Of a stretch of DNA of 64,000 nucleotides, positions 1 through 13,130 are shown one piece after another. Origin of the DNA: Vicugna vicugna. Lineage: Eukaryota. A program made the translations under genes and the position numbers. The notes beneath the pieces were generated by a model, which made no database searches, was not told the origin of the DNA, and saw only the letters and a program-made list of their open reading frames with translations. Every line of letters starts with the position of its first letter. Position 1 is the stretch's first letter. The stretch lies in contig MU058687.1 in the NCBI GenBank assembly GCA_013265495.1, positions 1,116,001 through 1,180,000 of the forward strand, in the 5' to 3' direction.

Positions 1-527
1 CACACATACACAGGAATACTACTCAGCCATAAAAGTGAAATAATGCCATTTGCAGCAACATGGATAGACCTAGAGAATGATCATACTAAATGAAATAAGT
101 CAAAGACAAATATTAGATGATATCACTTTTATGTGGAATCTAAAAAAAACGATACAAATGAACTTATTTATAAAACAGAAAGCGACTCACAGACATAGAA
201 AACAATTTAAGGTTACAAAAGGGAAAGTTGGGAATAAATTAGGAGTTTGGGATTAGCAGACATAAACCACTGTATATGAAATAGATAAACAACAAGGTCC
301 TACTGTATAGCACAGGGAACTACATTCAATATCTTGTAATAACCTATAATGAAAAAGTATATGAAAAAGAATGTAAATATATATGTACATATACATTTAT
401 ATATATATATATATATAACTGAATCACTATGCTGTACACCAGAAACAAAACACAACATTGTAAATCAACCAAACTTCAGTAAAAATAAATACATACATTT
501 AAACAATACCCTTAAAAAAAAAAAAAG
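1..527 (+). mobile_element. LINE-1 3' end (3'UTR plus poly(A)), antisense within an RPS6KL1 intron
   Basis: Typical L1 3' text (GGAATACTACTCAGCCATAAAA...GCCATTTGCAGCAACATGGAT...CTGTATAGCACAGGGAACT), internal (TA)n and terminal A-tract. Confidence 0.9.
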
Positions 528-2375
528 ACCGGGCCTTAACAAATATCAGGTAAGTACTGCTACGGGGAAGGTGGAAGGCAGTTCTGAGTACATGCTCTCA
601 TCTTTTTAAAAGTGGAAATCTCTTTTTAAAAAATAAAACCCACTGAGTTCTCGGGACAATTAAAGCTTTGGTGAAACACATTAACATTTCCTTTTAAAAT
701 GCCCAAAGTATCAAAGGCCAGGAGGAATCTCCTTTAGCAAACAAATCCAAAAGGTTCAAATAGGTTCTCAAGCACCAAGGCCCTCAGGAGCCAAGCATGT
801 GAGCCAGTGCAGGACGGAGAGGGGCAGACGGAGGGCTGGTGCCCCATTAAAGCGGGCAGCCCCTCCTCTGCTCCCACTGACGCTCAGGTATGTGAGCCAG
901 CATTTCCAGATCTTCTGATTTTCCAGCAGAAGCAGAAAATCTGGACTTCTCCATGAAACCTGCCAACTTTTAAATGCTGATAACTAATAATAATTAAAAA
1001 AAAAAAACACCCCTGTGTTTTTGAGCCAAAAAAATAAGAAGTTACTTGGCTGGCCTTCTCTTTCTTCCCCATCCCTGACTCAAGGCCCAACTCCTGGATG
1101 AAGCTCAGCAAATAGGCAGTGTTGTCTCCCAAGGCCCCCTAAGAGCAGACTCTGGCAGCCCAGCCAGCTGCCTGGCGAGTTCCTGACCCACCCACCTCAC
1201 TGTTCCCTGCCACCCCCTACCCCTGCCAGTATCTCTTCAGTCTAGAGAGACCCCCACTCCTCAGCCCCTCTAACCCTCACAATGGGGCATCTCTCAGGGC
1301 ACAAGGCTTCCTGAGCGGGCCCTTGCTCCTTCTGGGTCTGCAGGCTGCTGCAGGCTGACACTGCCATCCCGACTGCCTGGATCTGCCTGGGCAGAGCTCT
1401 GTAATGGAACACGGTGACATCCATCCAGACCTAGTTTTAGGGACTTGGGCCCAGTGGCCCTAACATCTCTCCTAATTTGGGGAGACTGGTGTTCCTGGCT
1501 TGGGAGTGAGACAAGCAAAGGAAGTGGGATTTCAGGAGGGAGGTGGAGTAGGTAAATTGAGTGTCCAAGAAAGTGTAAAAAAGGAAAGAGAAGACAGAAC
1601 GGTTGGTCTTGGCCTGAAGTTGCACTTCTCATGAGCACAGGCCTCAGAATATGGGATTCCAAAAATGTTTTGCACATGCGTGTCCTGGGGTTAAACAAAT
1701 CCAATTTCGGGGAATTCTGTCCTAGACCTCCCTCTTGGAGACTCGCTGTGTACATTTGCATCCTAAAAGCGTAAAAATTCCTATACTCTAAAAAAAAAAT
1801 GAGGTAATGTAACTTTAACTCACTGTTTCCCAAACTTTTTTGACCCAGAACCCCTCTCTCCATAACAACTATGGTTCAGTGGGATCCCACACGGGGAAAC
1901 AATGGTGGCTGTCACCTCCTTCGCCTGCCCATGGAAGCAGCCAAGCTACATGGACTTGTGCTGTGGGAGGGAAGGGCCGGGCAGATAGAAGCTGGCTGGG
2001 TCTTGGCTATCAGACCGGGGCCAGTTCCAGGGACCTGGGAGCAGCAGCTGGAGCAAGGCTGGGGAGACGGGAAGCCTGCTCGCCTTCGACCTGCTCCTGT
2101 CATTAATTCTCACAGCCGTCAAATTCGTATCAAATGCTCTACTGTGTGCCAGGCCTTTCCCAAAAATTGTTTCACTTTAGTTCCCACATCATCCCAGAGG
2201 GTGGGGGGAAGATCCTTACCCCACTTACAGATGAGGAAACCAGCGCCCTGAGGGAAAGGGCTTGCCCGTGGCCACGTGGCGCCAGCCCAGCCAGGACCTC
2301 ATCCTTGGCGTGTGGGGGAGCACACACTGGTATCCTTTTCTCTGCACATTTCCAGACCCATCCAAATCCCCCATG

Positions 2376-2510
2376 AGTGTTTTAAATTACAGATGCCTGG
2401 GACCAACCCTAGAAATTCTGACTCGATGGGTTTGGGATGGGGCCCAGGTAGCCATAATTTTAGGAAGCTCTCTCCAGGTGATTCTGATAAACCGCCAGTT
2501 TGAGGAAAAA
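2376..2510. mobile_element. MER5-like hAT-Charlie non-autonomous DNA transposon fragment
   Basis: Recognisable motif string CAGATGCCTGGG...ATTCTGACTC...GGGGCCCAGG...CCAGGTGATTCTGAT...CCAGTTTGAG. Confidence 0.6.
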
Positions 2511-3265
2511 CCACTTCAGCAAATACCTGGGTATCCCTGGGTTGGGGCAGAGGGCAATCAAATATTGGCTCAAATCTCATTTGACCCAACCAACCGCCTG
2601 TCCTTCCAATGAGTGTCCCAGGGACAAGTTGGGCTGTCAGCTCCTATCTTTCTGTGTGCCCTGAATTAAGGGAAAAGATCCTAGATGGAGTCAGGATGCG
2701 TGAGGGGGAGGGTGGATGCCAGGAGAGAAAGGGCAGAGCTGCCAAGGCCCTGGGCAAGCCACTGGTCACCCTGGACCCTCAGTAGGGCAGGTTTCTGGAG
2801 ATGAGCACATTCCACCACAGGAACTTCTGGGCTGTGCTTAGTGGGGAGACCCGTGGCTGCAGCCCTGGGGTGCAGAGGGGGTGCAGAGCGAGTGCGGGGC
2901 GGGGCCTGCGGGAAGTGGGAAGTGAGAGTGAGCCGGGCAGTGCAGGCTGGCTGGGTGCCCTGGCCATAGCTTCTCCTGTGGCTTCTGTCACGAATCTCTG
3001 AGGGAGTGGCTTTCTGTGTCTGAGCCGGAGGGCTGGGGAGAGGAGCTATTTGCCTCTGCTTGTTTCTCACATTTTCCTTTCCTGGGGCAGAGAAGGGGGT
3101 GGGGGAAATAACTGGACACAGCTACTCTCCTTCCCTTGGACCCTCTGACCCCTTTGCAATGCCCTCTGGAGGATCCAGGATGGCTGCATTGTCTCCCCAC
3201 CTGTCACCCCCCCCCACCAATCACACACACCATCTCTTCCCACACCTTGGGCATCGGTCACTTAC

Positions 3266-3358
3266 CTTCTCGATGACTCCGACCACCCTGCAGCCCCTCA
3301 GCTGCTCCAGGGCTGAACTCAGTGTGCGGATGGGCCGGAGCCTCAGGCTGCTGAAACC
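3266..3358 (-). CDS. RPS6KL1: RPS6KL1 third coding exon (lead-in to kinase-like domain); the gene continues beyond the left edge of the window
   Basis: 93 nt, phase 0; [31 protein letters not shown]; acceptor ccacag; donor AAG|GTAAGT. Confidence 0.92.
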
Positions 3359-4308
3359 CTGTGGAGGTAGGAGACAGCCACGCAGCCACCTCAGGGCGAG
3401 TCCTCCTCAGCTGCCCCTTCTCTCCAGGGGAGAGCAGCGGCCACAGAGGGCAGGACCAGGCATAGGCAGACCCCACCTCACAGGGACAGACTGAGCGGAG
3501 GAGCTGGCCTTGACTAGTGGGGACGCGCACTCGTCCAGGTGGCCAGACCACACTCTCAGCTCAGCCCCCACCCAGCCTTCCTCCCAGGCCCAGGGAGTTC
3601 TCAGGGCTTCAGAAGCCCCCTCTCAAAAGCCCCACCCACAGGAGGCAGATGCTCCCAGGCATGGGAACATAACCGGGGAACATGTAGGTCTCAGGAAACA
3701 TGCCTTGAAGACCAAGGCATGCATGCAGCCCAGGCACCTGCTTTGAGGGAATCAGCTTACAAGCTGCAGTGAGCCTAGATGGGGCTGGTGTGTGTGTCTG
3801 TGCAGGCCTGTAGGCATGAGAAGTGTGCATGCATCTTCAACCCTCTGAGTATCTACTGGGCTAGGTAAAGCTGTATGCAGAGAGGATTTGTGCACATTTG
3901 TATATGCACGTATTCAGGTGTGTGTGTGCACGTGGGTATGTGTGTCTGCTCCAAATTTCACTGCAGTCCCTCCAAACACAAACAGATCTGGGAGACTGGG
4001 TGTGCACATAGGCGAGCACGTGTATGACGGTGGGGAGGTGTGTGTCTGTATGTGTGCGTGTGTGTATTCTGTGAGGGCGTGAGACTGGACTGGAGATGAT
4101 TCAGAAGTGTTTGAAAATGAATGAACTATGGAAGGTGTGGGAGAGAGAGGAAGCCAGAAGGAGGAGGGCAGTCCTGGCACACACCCCAGCTGACCTGCGC
4201 TCTCCATCATCCACCCTGCCGCCCAGGAGGGTAGGTGACAGCTCTCTGGCCAGTGAGGTGTCACATCTCATCTCCCTCCGAGCCCTCAGGCCTTTGGGGT
4301 CTCCTCAC

Positions 4309-4433
4309 CGTGCCAGGACTGGCTCCACTGCCCAGCGTCCTCTGCAGGTGGCAATTAAAGATCTCTTCCGCCCGCCGCAGGTACTTGTTAATTTTCAGCT
4401 TTACAGCCTCGCATCTCTCCTTGTTGGGATCGA
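4309..4433 (-). CDS. RPS6KL1: RPS6KL1 second coding exon (rest of MIT domain)
   Basis: 125 nt; (V)[41 protein letters not shown]; acceptor ccacag; donor ACG|GTGAGG; the YLRRAEEI motif is typical of MIT helix 3. Confidence 0.94.
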
Positions 4434-5294
4434 CTGTGGGGAGAAGAGGTCACCAGGACCCACCCTTGGGAGGAGGCTGGGGTTTGGGCTCCCATTGCCT
4501 GCCCTCTGCCCTCCACCAGAGGGAGTGCCTATTTCTGAGGCTGGTCAGTGGATTCTGACCCTACATCTGTTCTTGGGTCCTTCTTTAGGTGGAGGAAGGA
4601 AGGTGGCGGGAGAGGTTGGGAATCACGGTCGCCCCTCAGCCTATAGCACTTTACACTTGGCACCTACCACCTCGCTGGCCACCATCACACCCTGGGAAGG
4701 GCCAGAGTGGGGATTTCCGTGTCTGTTTTTCAGTGGAGGAGACAGATGCTCCAGAGAGCACTCCTTCCTTTATCTCTGATGCCCAGTGTGAAAGAGACTG
4801 GAATGGGGATCAGGATTGGAGGGTAAAGGAATTCACCGAACAGGCTTGACGCCCAGGTGTTGAGAGGTCTTATCAGCGGGAGGATAGGAGTCGTGAATCG
4901 GAGCCTGACTCCTACCCCCAGCCTGGTCACCAAGGCCCCCAGGGGTCTCCAACTGTCCTCTTCCCCAACCTGGAAATGCCTCACTGTGCCCTGAGTAGGC
5001 CTCCCCTCTCACCTCCAGGACTAGCCATTCTCTCTCTAGAGCCCTACCCAGTCCCTCAGCTGGACAACACACTTATTCTTCAGTGCTCACATTAAGGTTT
5101 TGGCTTCTATAAAATGTCCTCTGCCAGCCTAGCCTGGCCTGTTTCCCTTTTCCCTCCCTCTACTGCCTCCTCACTGTTTTCCTACTTGGGACTATAATTG
5201 TCCATCATCAACTCATCCATCTCCCCCCATCAGAATGCAAGCCCCTAGAGGGACAGACCCCAGCCTGGCTCCAGGAGCGGGCAAGAGGGGGCCA

Positions 5295-5575
5295 AGCACA
5301 CAGCTTCTGGAGCCAAAACCGTTCAAACCCCAGCTTTGCCACTTGATAGCTGTGGAGCCTTAAGCAAGCTATTTAACTGTCCTGTATCTCAGTTTCCTCA
5401 TCTGGAAAATAGGAATAAAAATAATTCTTACATATTTGGAAGTGCATGCAAGAACTTATACAGTGGTTTCTATTACTGCGGAGCTCAAATGAGTTAAGAC
5501 AGGTAAAGCCCTAAGACCAGTGCCTGGTATATAGGAACTGTTAGATAATTGCTAGCCATTATTATTGTCCTTCAC
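5295..5575 (+). mobile_element. MIR SINE
   Basis: MIR core: TTCAAACCCCAGCTTTGCCACTTGATAGCTGTG...CTCAGTTTCCTCATCTGGAAAATAGGAATAA. Confidence 0.7.
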
Positions 5576-5679
5576 AGAGGCCCTGCTGGGCCAGCATAGA
5601 GCCCTGCTCACCCAGCACAGATGGGCCCTGCGCTGGCCCTTCCCCATCAGCCTCCAACCCTGCCCAGCCCCAGCCTCAC

Positions 5680-5944
5680 CGTGCACGCCTCGGAGCAGAA
5701 CGTCCACACCGTTCTGGTAGTGGTTGAAAGCTGCCTCGTAGTCCTCACTGACATCACGCTCCAGGGCCAGCCGGATTTGCGTGGCCGCATCCACCAGGTA
5801 GTCGCGCTTTGTCACATCAGGGGCCCCTGGAGCCACTCGGTTGCGAATCTGTTCCAGGTACACTCGGGCCTGGGAACGTGCTCGTGAGCAGAGTTCGGGC
5901 TCCAAGCCAGGGCCAGGGCGGCCCTCGCAGGCTACCAGGCTCAT
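5680..5944 (-). CDS. RPS6KL1: Ribosomal protein S6 kinase-like 1, first coding exon (N-terminus and start of MIT domain)
   Basis: GCAGCCATGA start at 5944; [37 protein letters not shown]...[43 protein letters not shown]; 265 nt; donor G|GTGAGG; upstream acceptor ttccag at 5965. Confidence 0.95.
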
Positions 5945-7049
5945 GGCTGCCCTGAGGCTGGGACCTGGAATGAGCATTTGCATTAGGGAGAACCCAGCTG
6001 GGAGCAAAACCCCATCTGCACCCTGGTTTCCTCCACTGAATATTGGGGAGACTAATATTCACCTCCACGAGGTAGAGGGATCAGAGCTAATGTGGGTACT
6101 ATCCCTTCACTGAGTCAGATCTTTCTTAAGTGTGGTGATAATAGGATAATATCATGCTTTGGGCTCTGTTTTCCTTTCAATTCAAACTCAGTTCAGCAAG
6201 TATTTCTTGAGCACCTAGTATGTATTGAGCACTGGAGAGGGCTGAAGATACTCATGATGCAAAGCTGCCTTCAAAGAGCAACTGTGGAGCAAACCTGGTG
6301 TCTATTACACGGTAAACACATGGAGGTCACACACTCTGAAGTCGAAGCGGGGGCCTGGGGCCCAAGGGCCATTCCTCATACTGCTTCCTCCATCCTGCTG
6401 GTTTCCCTCTCCCTGCTCTTCCTATGGGAATCTCACTTATCCTTGAGTTCAGATTCGGCCCAGTAGCACCTCCTGGAACAAGATGGATTGCCCTTGCTTT
6501 ATTTCATTTCCCTTGGTCCTGAGGTCAGTGTGACCAGGGAGTGAGGACTTCCAAGGAGCTGGGAAAAGAGCTGGGCAAAGAGTTTGGCTTTAAAGCCTGT
6601 GGGCAAATGAAATGACTGAATGGCAGATTTGGTGCCACTCTGGATGGAGTTAGAATTAGGATGTCAGAGCTCACCCAGTCCTAGGGAGGGGATGGCTCTG
6701 TGCTCCTTGCTCTGGCTCTGAGAAGGCAAAAGGCCACGTGGCCTCCAAGGACCAGACAGCAAAAGTGACCAAAGGGGTAAGAGCAGTAGCTGCAAAAAAG
6801 GAAAGGGCTCAGTAAGAGGCCAGCAGAGCTGCCTTTGCCCCTCACTGCAGTCTTGGCACCTTTGCTTTCTCAGGCCCCATTAGGAAGGGGCAGTGCACAA
6901 ACTGCCAACCCCAGGCCATTTCTGCCTCTGTGGAGAGAGAGAGGAGAGAACAGGATGCGGAGTAGGGCGGGCAGGAAAACCCACACCAAGCCAGAGGGGA
7001 GCTGAACCCAGGCCAGGATGCGGCCAGGAGGCGGAGGGAGGGAGGGAGG

Positions 7050-7720
7050 AGGGGGAGGGAAACCGCACCCTTCCCGCTGGGCCCAGTCACCCGCCGCTCA
7101 GAGGCCTGTGCTCAGGGGCACCAAGGCCGACCGGCTGGGCTGCTCGAGTAGGGGTCCGGCTTCAGGGGCCACCCGCCGGGCCGGGTCCTCCCAGGCAGAG
7201 CTGCCTAGTCGCGCCTAGACCGAGAAAGCGACGTCCAGTCCGCAATTCCTCGGCACTCAAGGTGCACCGCCCCGCGAGGGTCTGCCGAGGAAGGCGGGCT
7301 GGGGGAGTGAGTGGAGGGGGCATCCTGCGCCGGGGGTGGGGGTTGGGGGAGTGGAGGAGGAGCCGGGCAAACACCGTACCTGCCCAAGCTAGGAGCTCGG
7401 TCCCCGCGGCCAGACCAAGCCCGGCCGCCACCGCCCCTTCGCCCCCGTAGGGGACCTTGCGCCGCGTGCGGCTGCTTTCGGCCCTCCAGCCAGGTGCGGG
7501 GGTCTGCAGATTGGCTGCAGATGAGCTCATCCTCTAGCCATTAGAATAAACCACCAATCAGCGCCCGGCTCGATTTCTGCGGGCCCTTAAAGGCGCAGTG
7601 CCAGCGACACGGAGTGCTGCGGGAGGGGGTGAGGAGAAGATGCGGCTCCGCATGGGGATGAGGATCGGATCGGGGTGGGGTAGGAGCAGCAGAGAGAGGC
7701 GAATCACCGAGGGTTGCAGG
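7050..7720 (-). promoter_or_regulatory. CpG-island promoter and probable non-coding first exon of RPS6KL1 (CCAAT boxes at 7510-7514 and 7554-7558; candidate donor CAG|GTACGG at 7380)
   Basis: CpG-dense block 1.1-1.8 kb upstream of the ATG exon, which has its own splice acceptor and so needs an upstream exon. Confidence 0.7.
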
Positions 7721-8479
7721 AGGAGTTACTTCAGAAATCTAGGCTGACTAAAAGCACACGCGCCACTTCCAGGACTTTTCTCATTCATTGTTTCACTCAT
7801 TCATTCAACTATTGAAATATTATGTATTGAGAGACTACCATGCAGGAGGAGCTAGGTGCTGAGATACAGTGACGGAGTGGACAGTGTCTGCTCACGTCTT
7901 CGTGGGGCTGAACAGTCTAGCGAGGGATACGGGGATTAAAGAACTAAACAACAGGTGATATTTCATTCCAGTTGTGATCAGAGTTGTGAGAGGGAAGCAC
8001 TCACAGAGGCCGTGAGACCCAGTCTGGAGGTCAGAAGGCTTTCCCAAGGGAGTGGTATCTGAACTGGGCACACAGACCTACCTGCACCCTAATGTTGCCT
8101 GGACTCATACTATCCTTCCTTAGTGCCCTTGCTCTCCCCTAGATACTTCATCATTCTGTTCGCTTCTGACTCACAATGCCTTCTCCCCCATCACTCTCAG
8201 CTAGAGACCCTGCTTCCTCCTTGCCTTGAAAACTTGCTATCTGCAGCAGGGTAGGAGCAGCCAGGTTTGCACCCACACATCATCTCCACACCTCTTTCTG
8301 TAGGTGACATGTCTGTGCCCCCACAAAAGGCCAGCCTTCCACTTGGGATCAATCTTGTCCCATCACCTACTCAAGGATCCTCCTCCAGCAATTCTCCCTT
8401 CTGTCTCCTACATCATAAAATTTTGGCTCCTACTGCATCATTCATTCCTATCTGATAAAAACATCAAGCTGATCTCCCA

Positions 8480-10310
8480 TCTTGAAAACAAAACAGAAAC
8501 ACTCTTGGCCTCACTTCTCCCTGTATCTACCACCCCACGTTTGCAGAAGAACTCCTTGAAAGAGATGTCTATGCTTACTGTCCCCAGTTTCTCTTCTCCT
8601 ATTCTTTCTTCAACTCACTCTGGTGAGCTTTTCTTCCCCACCATTTCTCTGAAATAGCTCTTGGTGAAGTTATCAATGACCTCCTGACTGCTAAACCCAA
8701 CGATTATTTCTTGGTCCTCATTGTACTTGAACTCTCAGGAGCATCTGACCCAGGTGATCACAGCCTCGTCTCCATGCACTTTCTCCCCAGGCTTCCAGGA
8801 CCCACACTCTCACCAGTCACCTCCTCCTTCACCAGAAGCCCCTTCTCAGCTTCCTCTGATGGCTTCTCTTCCATGTGTGTCCCAGGCGACACTTTCCTTC
8901 TCTCTGGCCTTACTCTCTTGATGAAGGATTGCACCTAGTCTCATGATTTTAAGTAGTATTCTTCCATATGTTGATGATCTTGTATATCTATTTACAAATA
9001 TCTTATGTCTTCTGTTTCTCTTAGCCCTCATCTCTCTACCAGACTTATTTAACAGTCTAATAAAATACCTCAAGTTTAACAAGTCCAGATCCTTGAAAAC
9101 GTTATGCTGAGTGAAAGAAGTCAGACACAAAAGCCACACACTGTATGATTCCATCTCTATATAATTTCCAGAATAGGCAAATTCATAGAGACAGAAAGTA
9201 GATAACAGGGAGGATGGGTGACGGTGAGTAGATAATGAGGATGGGTTTCTTTTGGGAGGTCAACAAGTGTTCTGGAATTAGATACTGTGATGGTTGTATA
9301 ACTTACAAATATACAAACCATCAAATTCACATTTTAAAGAGGTGAATTTTATGACATGTGAATTATATCTCACTAAAAACTCATCATAATGAAAAAGAAA
9401 AAACTGACTGCTTGATCCTCCCCTGCCTGAAACCTTATCCACCTAAAGCCTCTTCCACTCTTCCAGTTCCATCTTTCCAGTCACTCAGGCCAAAAGTTTT
9501 GGAGCCATCCTGGCTTCTTTATTTTCTCGCACTCCACATCCAATCCATTAGAATACCAAAATGTTTTTTCCTTCAAAATATATCCAGGATCTGAGCACTT
9601 CTCACCACCTCAACTGCTATGACCTTGTTGGAGCACCTTCATCTCATACCTGATTTACTGTAGGAGATTCCTCCTGTCTTCTTATTTCTATCCTGGCCAC
9701 CCTAAAGGTGGTTCTCAACACTGCATCAGAGGGGATCCATTCAAAGCGCAGTCAGATTCTGTCCCTCTTCTGCTCAAAACTCTGCAAGGGCTCCCCTTAA
9801 TGCAAGAAAAACTCAAAGTCCCTACCATGGCCTCCAAGGCCCTCATGGTCCCCCTCCTCCACTATCTCTCCAGCTCATCTCCTGCCAATTTCACTCACTC
9901 AGCTCCAGCCACCTGAGCTTCTTTGCTGCTTCTAGAACAAACATGGCAATTCCCACCCCAGGACCTTGCCCCACAGCTGCCCTCTGCCTGGAACAGTCTG
10001 CCTCTGGATACCTACCTGGTGAACTCTGCCCCCGCTTTGAGTCATTGCCCTGCTGTCACCTCTTCAAGAGACCTACACCTTCCCCCATACACCTCCCTTT
10101 CTCCCTTACCCTGCTCTGCTTCTTTCCCATTGTACTCAAGACTATTAGCCTTTTCTCTAATATACTTATTTTCTTTCCTCCCCACAGAGTAAGAACCACA
10201 TGGACAAAGGCCTTTCTATGCTTTGCTCACTAATATGTCCCATGTGCCCAGAACAACATCTGGCACATAGCATTGCTCAATCCATATTTGCTGGATGAAT
10301 GAATGAGCTG
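8480..10310 (+). mobile_element. Degenerate L2 LINE (3' part) interrupted by an L1M 3' fragment at ~9085-9390
   Basis: Pyrimidine-rich L2 body ending in CTGGCACATAG...TATTTGCTGGATGAATGAATGA; embedded L1 text GCTGAGTGAAAGAAGTCAGACACAAAAG...TGTGAATTATATCTCA. Confidence 0.65.
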
Positions 10311-10599
10311 TAAAGAAAGAGAAAGACTTAACTAGAAAAAGTATTTGAAGAGAGCGGTGCAAGAGAATGTTCTGGACAGAGAAACAGCATGTATAAATGC
10401 CTTAACTAATTAAGGGAGAAAAAGAACATTTGCACATCAAACAGAGGACATAAAACCAGTTGATAAAATTGAACACTCATTCATGATAAGGACCAACTCT
10501 TTACTTAACAAATTCTAAACAAACTCATGAACTTACTTCTAAACTTGATAAAGGGTTATCTACCAGAAACTTAGAGCAAACACCATGTGTAATGGTGAG

Positions 10600-10985
10600 C
10601 ATGAGAAGCATTCCCACGGTCCAGCTGTCTTCCCAGCATGTGGCAAGATCACACTTTACTACCTCTTTGGAAGTTAGTCTTGGCCATGGGGCTTGCTTTG
10701 AAATGCTAGTGGACAGAACATGAGTCACTTCAGAGTGGAAGCTTCAAAAGCCAGGGCATAATTCCTCCTACTGTAGTGACTGGGGAAGCACAAATCCATG
10801 GAGGAACAGAGCCTCCATCGACCGGAGTCTCTGAGAAACAACACTAAGGAACTCCTCCCTGACCCACGACTTGTGTTGTGTAATATGAGGTGTAAGTGAG
10901 AAATACATTTTAATTGCATTAAGTCACTAGGTTTGGGGACTGTTTGTTATTGCAGCATATCTTGACCTATCCTAAATGATATGCC
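10600..10985 (+). mobile_element. MaLR (MLT1-like) solo LTR
   Basis: MLT1-type 3' end: AAGTCACTAGGTTTGGGGACTGTTTGTTATTGCAGCATA...CTATCCTAAATGATA. Confidence 0.55.
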
Positions 10986-10999
10986 CCAGTGCAATCAGA

Positions 11000-12595
11000 A
11001 ATGAACCACTGCCTCTACTCTTCAACAATATACTGGAAGTTACAACTAACACAATATGAAATTAAACACAAAGAAGAGGTTTAAAGATGGGAAAGGAAGA
11101 TGCCAAATTGTCCTTATCTGTGATAATATGATTATCTACCTAGAAAACCTAGAGCAACAACTGGTGAGTTCACCAGATCAATACTTACAAATCAAGAGCT
11201 TTCCTATTTATCAACAATAACAATTGGAAAATGTAATAATAATTTTAAAATCTTATTCATCACAGTAACAAAAACTTTGAAATACTTAGGAATAAACTAA
11301 TTAGAAATATATAAGACCTTAGTGGAGAAAAGAATAAAATTGTATTGTAAGTCACAAAAAAAAATGGAGCGATGTATTGTCTTCAATAATGGGATGACTA
11401 TCATCATAAAGATGTCAATTCTCCCCAAATTAATTTGAAATTTCAATGCAATCCTAATCAAATACCAAAAAAACTCTTCATAGAACTTGACAAGATGCTT
11501 CTAAAATACACATGTTTATTCATTCCCTTAACCAGAACTTATGGAGGGCCTGCTATGAGCCTAACCCCTGTCTAAGTACAGAGGATATAGTGGTGAATAA
11601 AACAATACCACAAAATCCTTCCTGGAGCTCTCTTATTCTAATGGAGAAAAACAGTAATAAACACATAGACCTATACATAATATCTCTAGATGATTGTACA
11701 AATTATATATAAATGTGCAACAATAGCCCCTTGAAAAAAAACAAAAGGCCAGGGTTAGGATTTTACTTTACCAAACCAAAAGACTTATTATAAAGCTGTA
11801 ATTTTAAAAACAGGTGGCATTGGTGCACATAAATAGGTGATAAGAATAGACTAGAGTCCAAAAATATACTCATGCATCTAGGGAGACTGGACTTAGGAAT
11901 AAAGAAGGCATTTCGAATTAGTGTGGCAAAGATAATTCTTCATGAGAGGCATTGGGACTACTGATGTTAAGACAAAAAAATTGATCCTTTCCTCATACCA
12001 TATACAAAAATAAATCCAAGTTTAAAATTCTAAATTAAAAAAAAAAAAACAAAAACCTTGACATTGTAGGAGAAAGTGTCAAAGAATATCAGCAAGATCT
12101 TCAGGTAGAAAGCACTTTTTAACATTCCTGGTGGGGAGTGATATGTAAATTCATGCATTTTGGAGAGTGACTTATCAGAACTATTTAAAGTAGAAATACA
12201 CATGATCTATGACCTATCAATTCCATTTCTAGATATTTAATCAAAAAAAAAAAAAACACTTGCCCAGATACATAAGGATATATGTGGATATTCATTGCAG
12301 CATTGCTTGCAATTCTAAAATAAAACATTGCCAAAAATTCCAAATTCGATATTTTATGGAATATCAATATAGAAATGAATTAATGTAAGGTGATAGAATC
12401 ATATATTGAATTATTATCATTATTCAGCATTTAAAAGAACCCAGACTAAATTTATGTGTAGGAACATGCAAGATCTCAAAAACTTATTGTTGAGTAAAAA
12501 CAGTCAGTTTGTAAGAGCTATGTACAATGTGGTGCCATTTATATTTGTATTTTTAAACCACACACACAAAACAATACTATGGATTATCTGTATAT
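11000..12595 (+). mobile_element. Old L1M fragments (decayed ORF2 and 3' region)
   Basis: A-rich + strand with L1 ORF2-like text (ATACTGGAAGTT, AAATACTTAGGAATAAA, GATGTCAATTCTCCCCAAATTAAT, TTCAATGCAATCC). Confidence 0.7.
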
Positions 12596-12599
12596 TATA

Positions 12600-13130
12600 G
12601 TATATTAGGATTCTCCAGAGAAACAAAACAAATAGGATGAATAGACAGGTAGATAGACAGTCAGATAGACAGACAGATAGACAGACAGATAGATGGATAG
12701 ATTACTTATTATAAGAAATTGACTCATGCAATTACAGCGGCTGAGAAGTTCCATGATCTGCTGATCTGCAGTATGCAAGCTGTAGGCCTAGACAAACCTG
12801 GCCTAGTTCCAGCCTGAGTCTGAAAGCCTGAGAGCCAGGAGCACTGATGGCATAAGCCTCAGTCCAAGGGCAGGAGAAGCTCAATGTCCCAGCCCAGCCA
12901 GGCAGAGAGACTGAATTCTCCCTTCCTCCACTTTTTTGTTCTATTTGAGCCCTCAGTGGAGTGGATGAGGCCCACCCATGCTGGCAAGAACAATCTGATT
13001 CACTCAGTCTACCAATTCAAATGCCAATCTCATCTGGAAATGCTCTCACAGACACATTCAGAAATAATATTTAACCAAATATCAGGGCACCCCATGATTC
13101 AGTCAAGTTGCCACATAAAATTAACTGTCG
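12600..13130. mobile_element. ERVL MLT2-like solo LTR with internal (GATA/GACA)n at ~12640-12700
   Basis: Starts TATTAGGATTCTCCAGAGAAAC and ends CAGTCAAGTTGCCACATAAAATTAACTGTCGCA, the characteristic MLT2 termini. Confidence 0.75.

Noticed and set aside
4096..4779. 227-aa + strand ORF
   Set aside because: Antisense shadow over an RPS6KL1 exon and intron; no independent coding signal.
5945..6007. N-terminal extension of RPS6KL1 in the ORF track ([12 protein letters not shown]...)
   Set aside because: Crosses the splice acceptor at 5965, so the upstream part is intronic.
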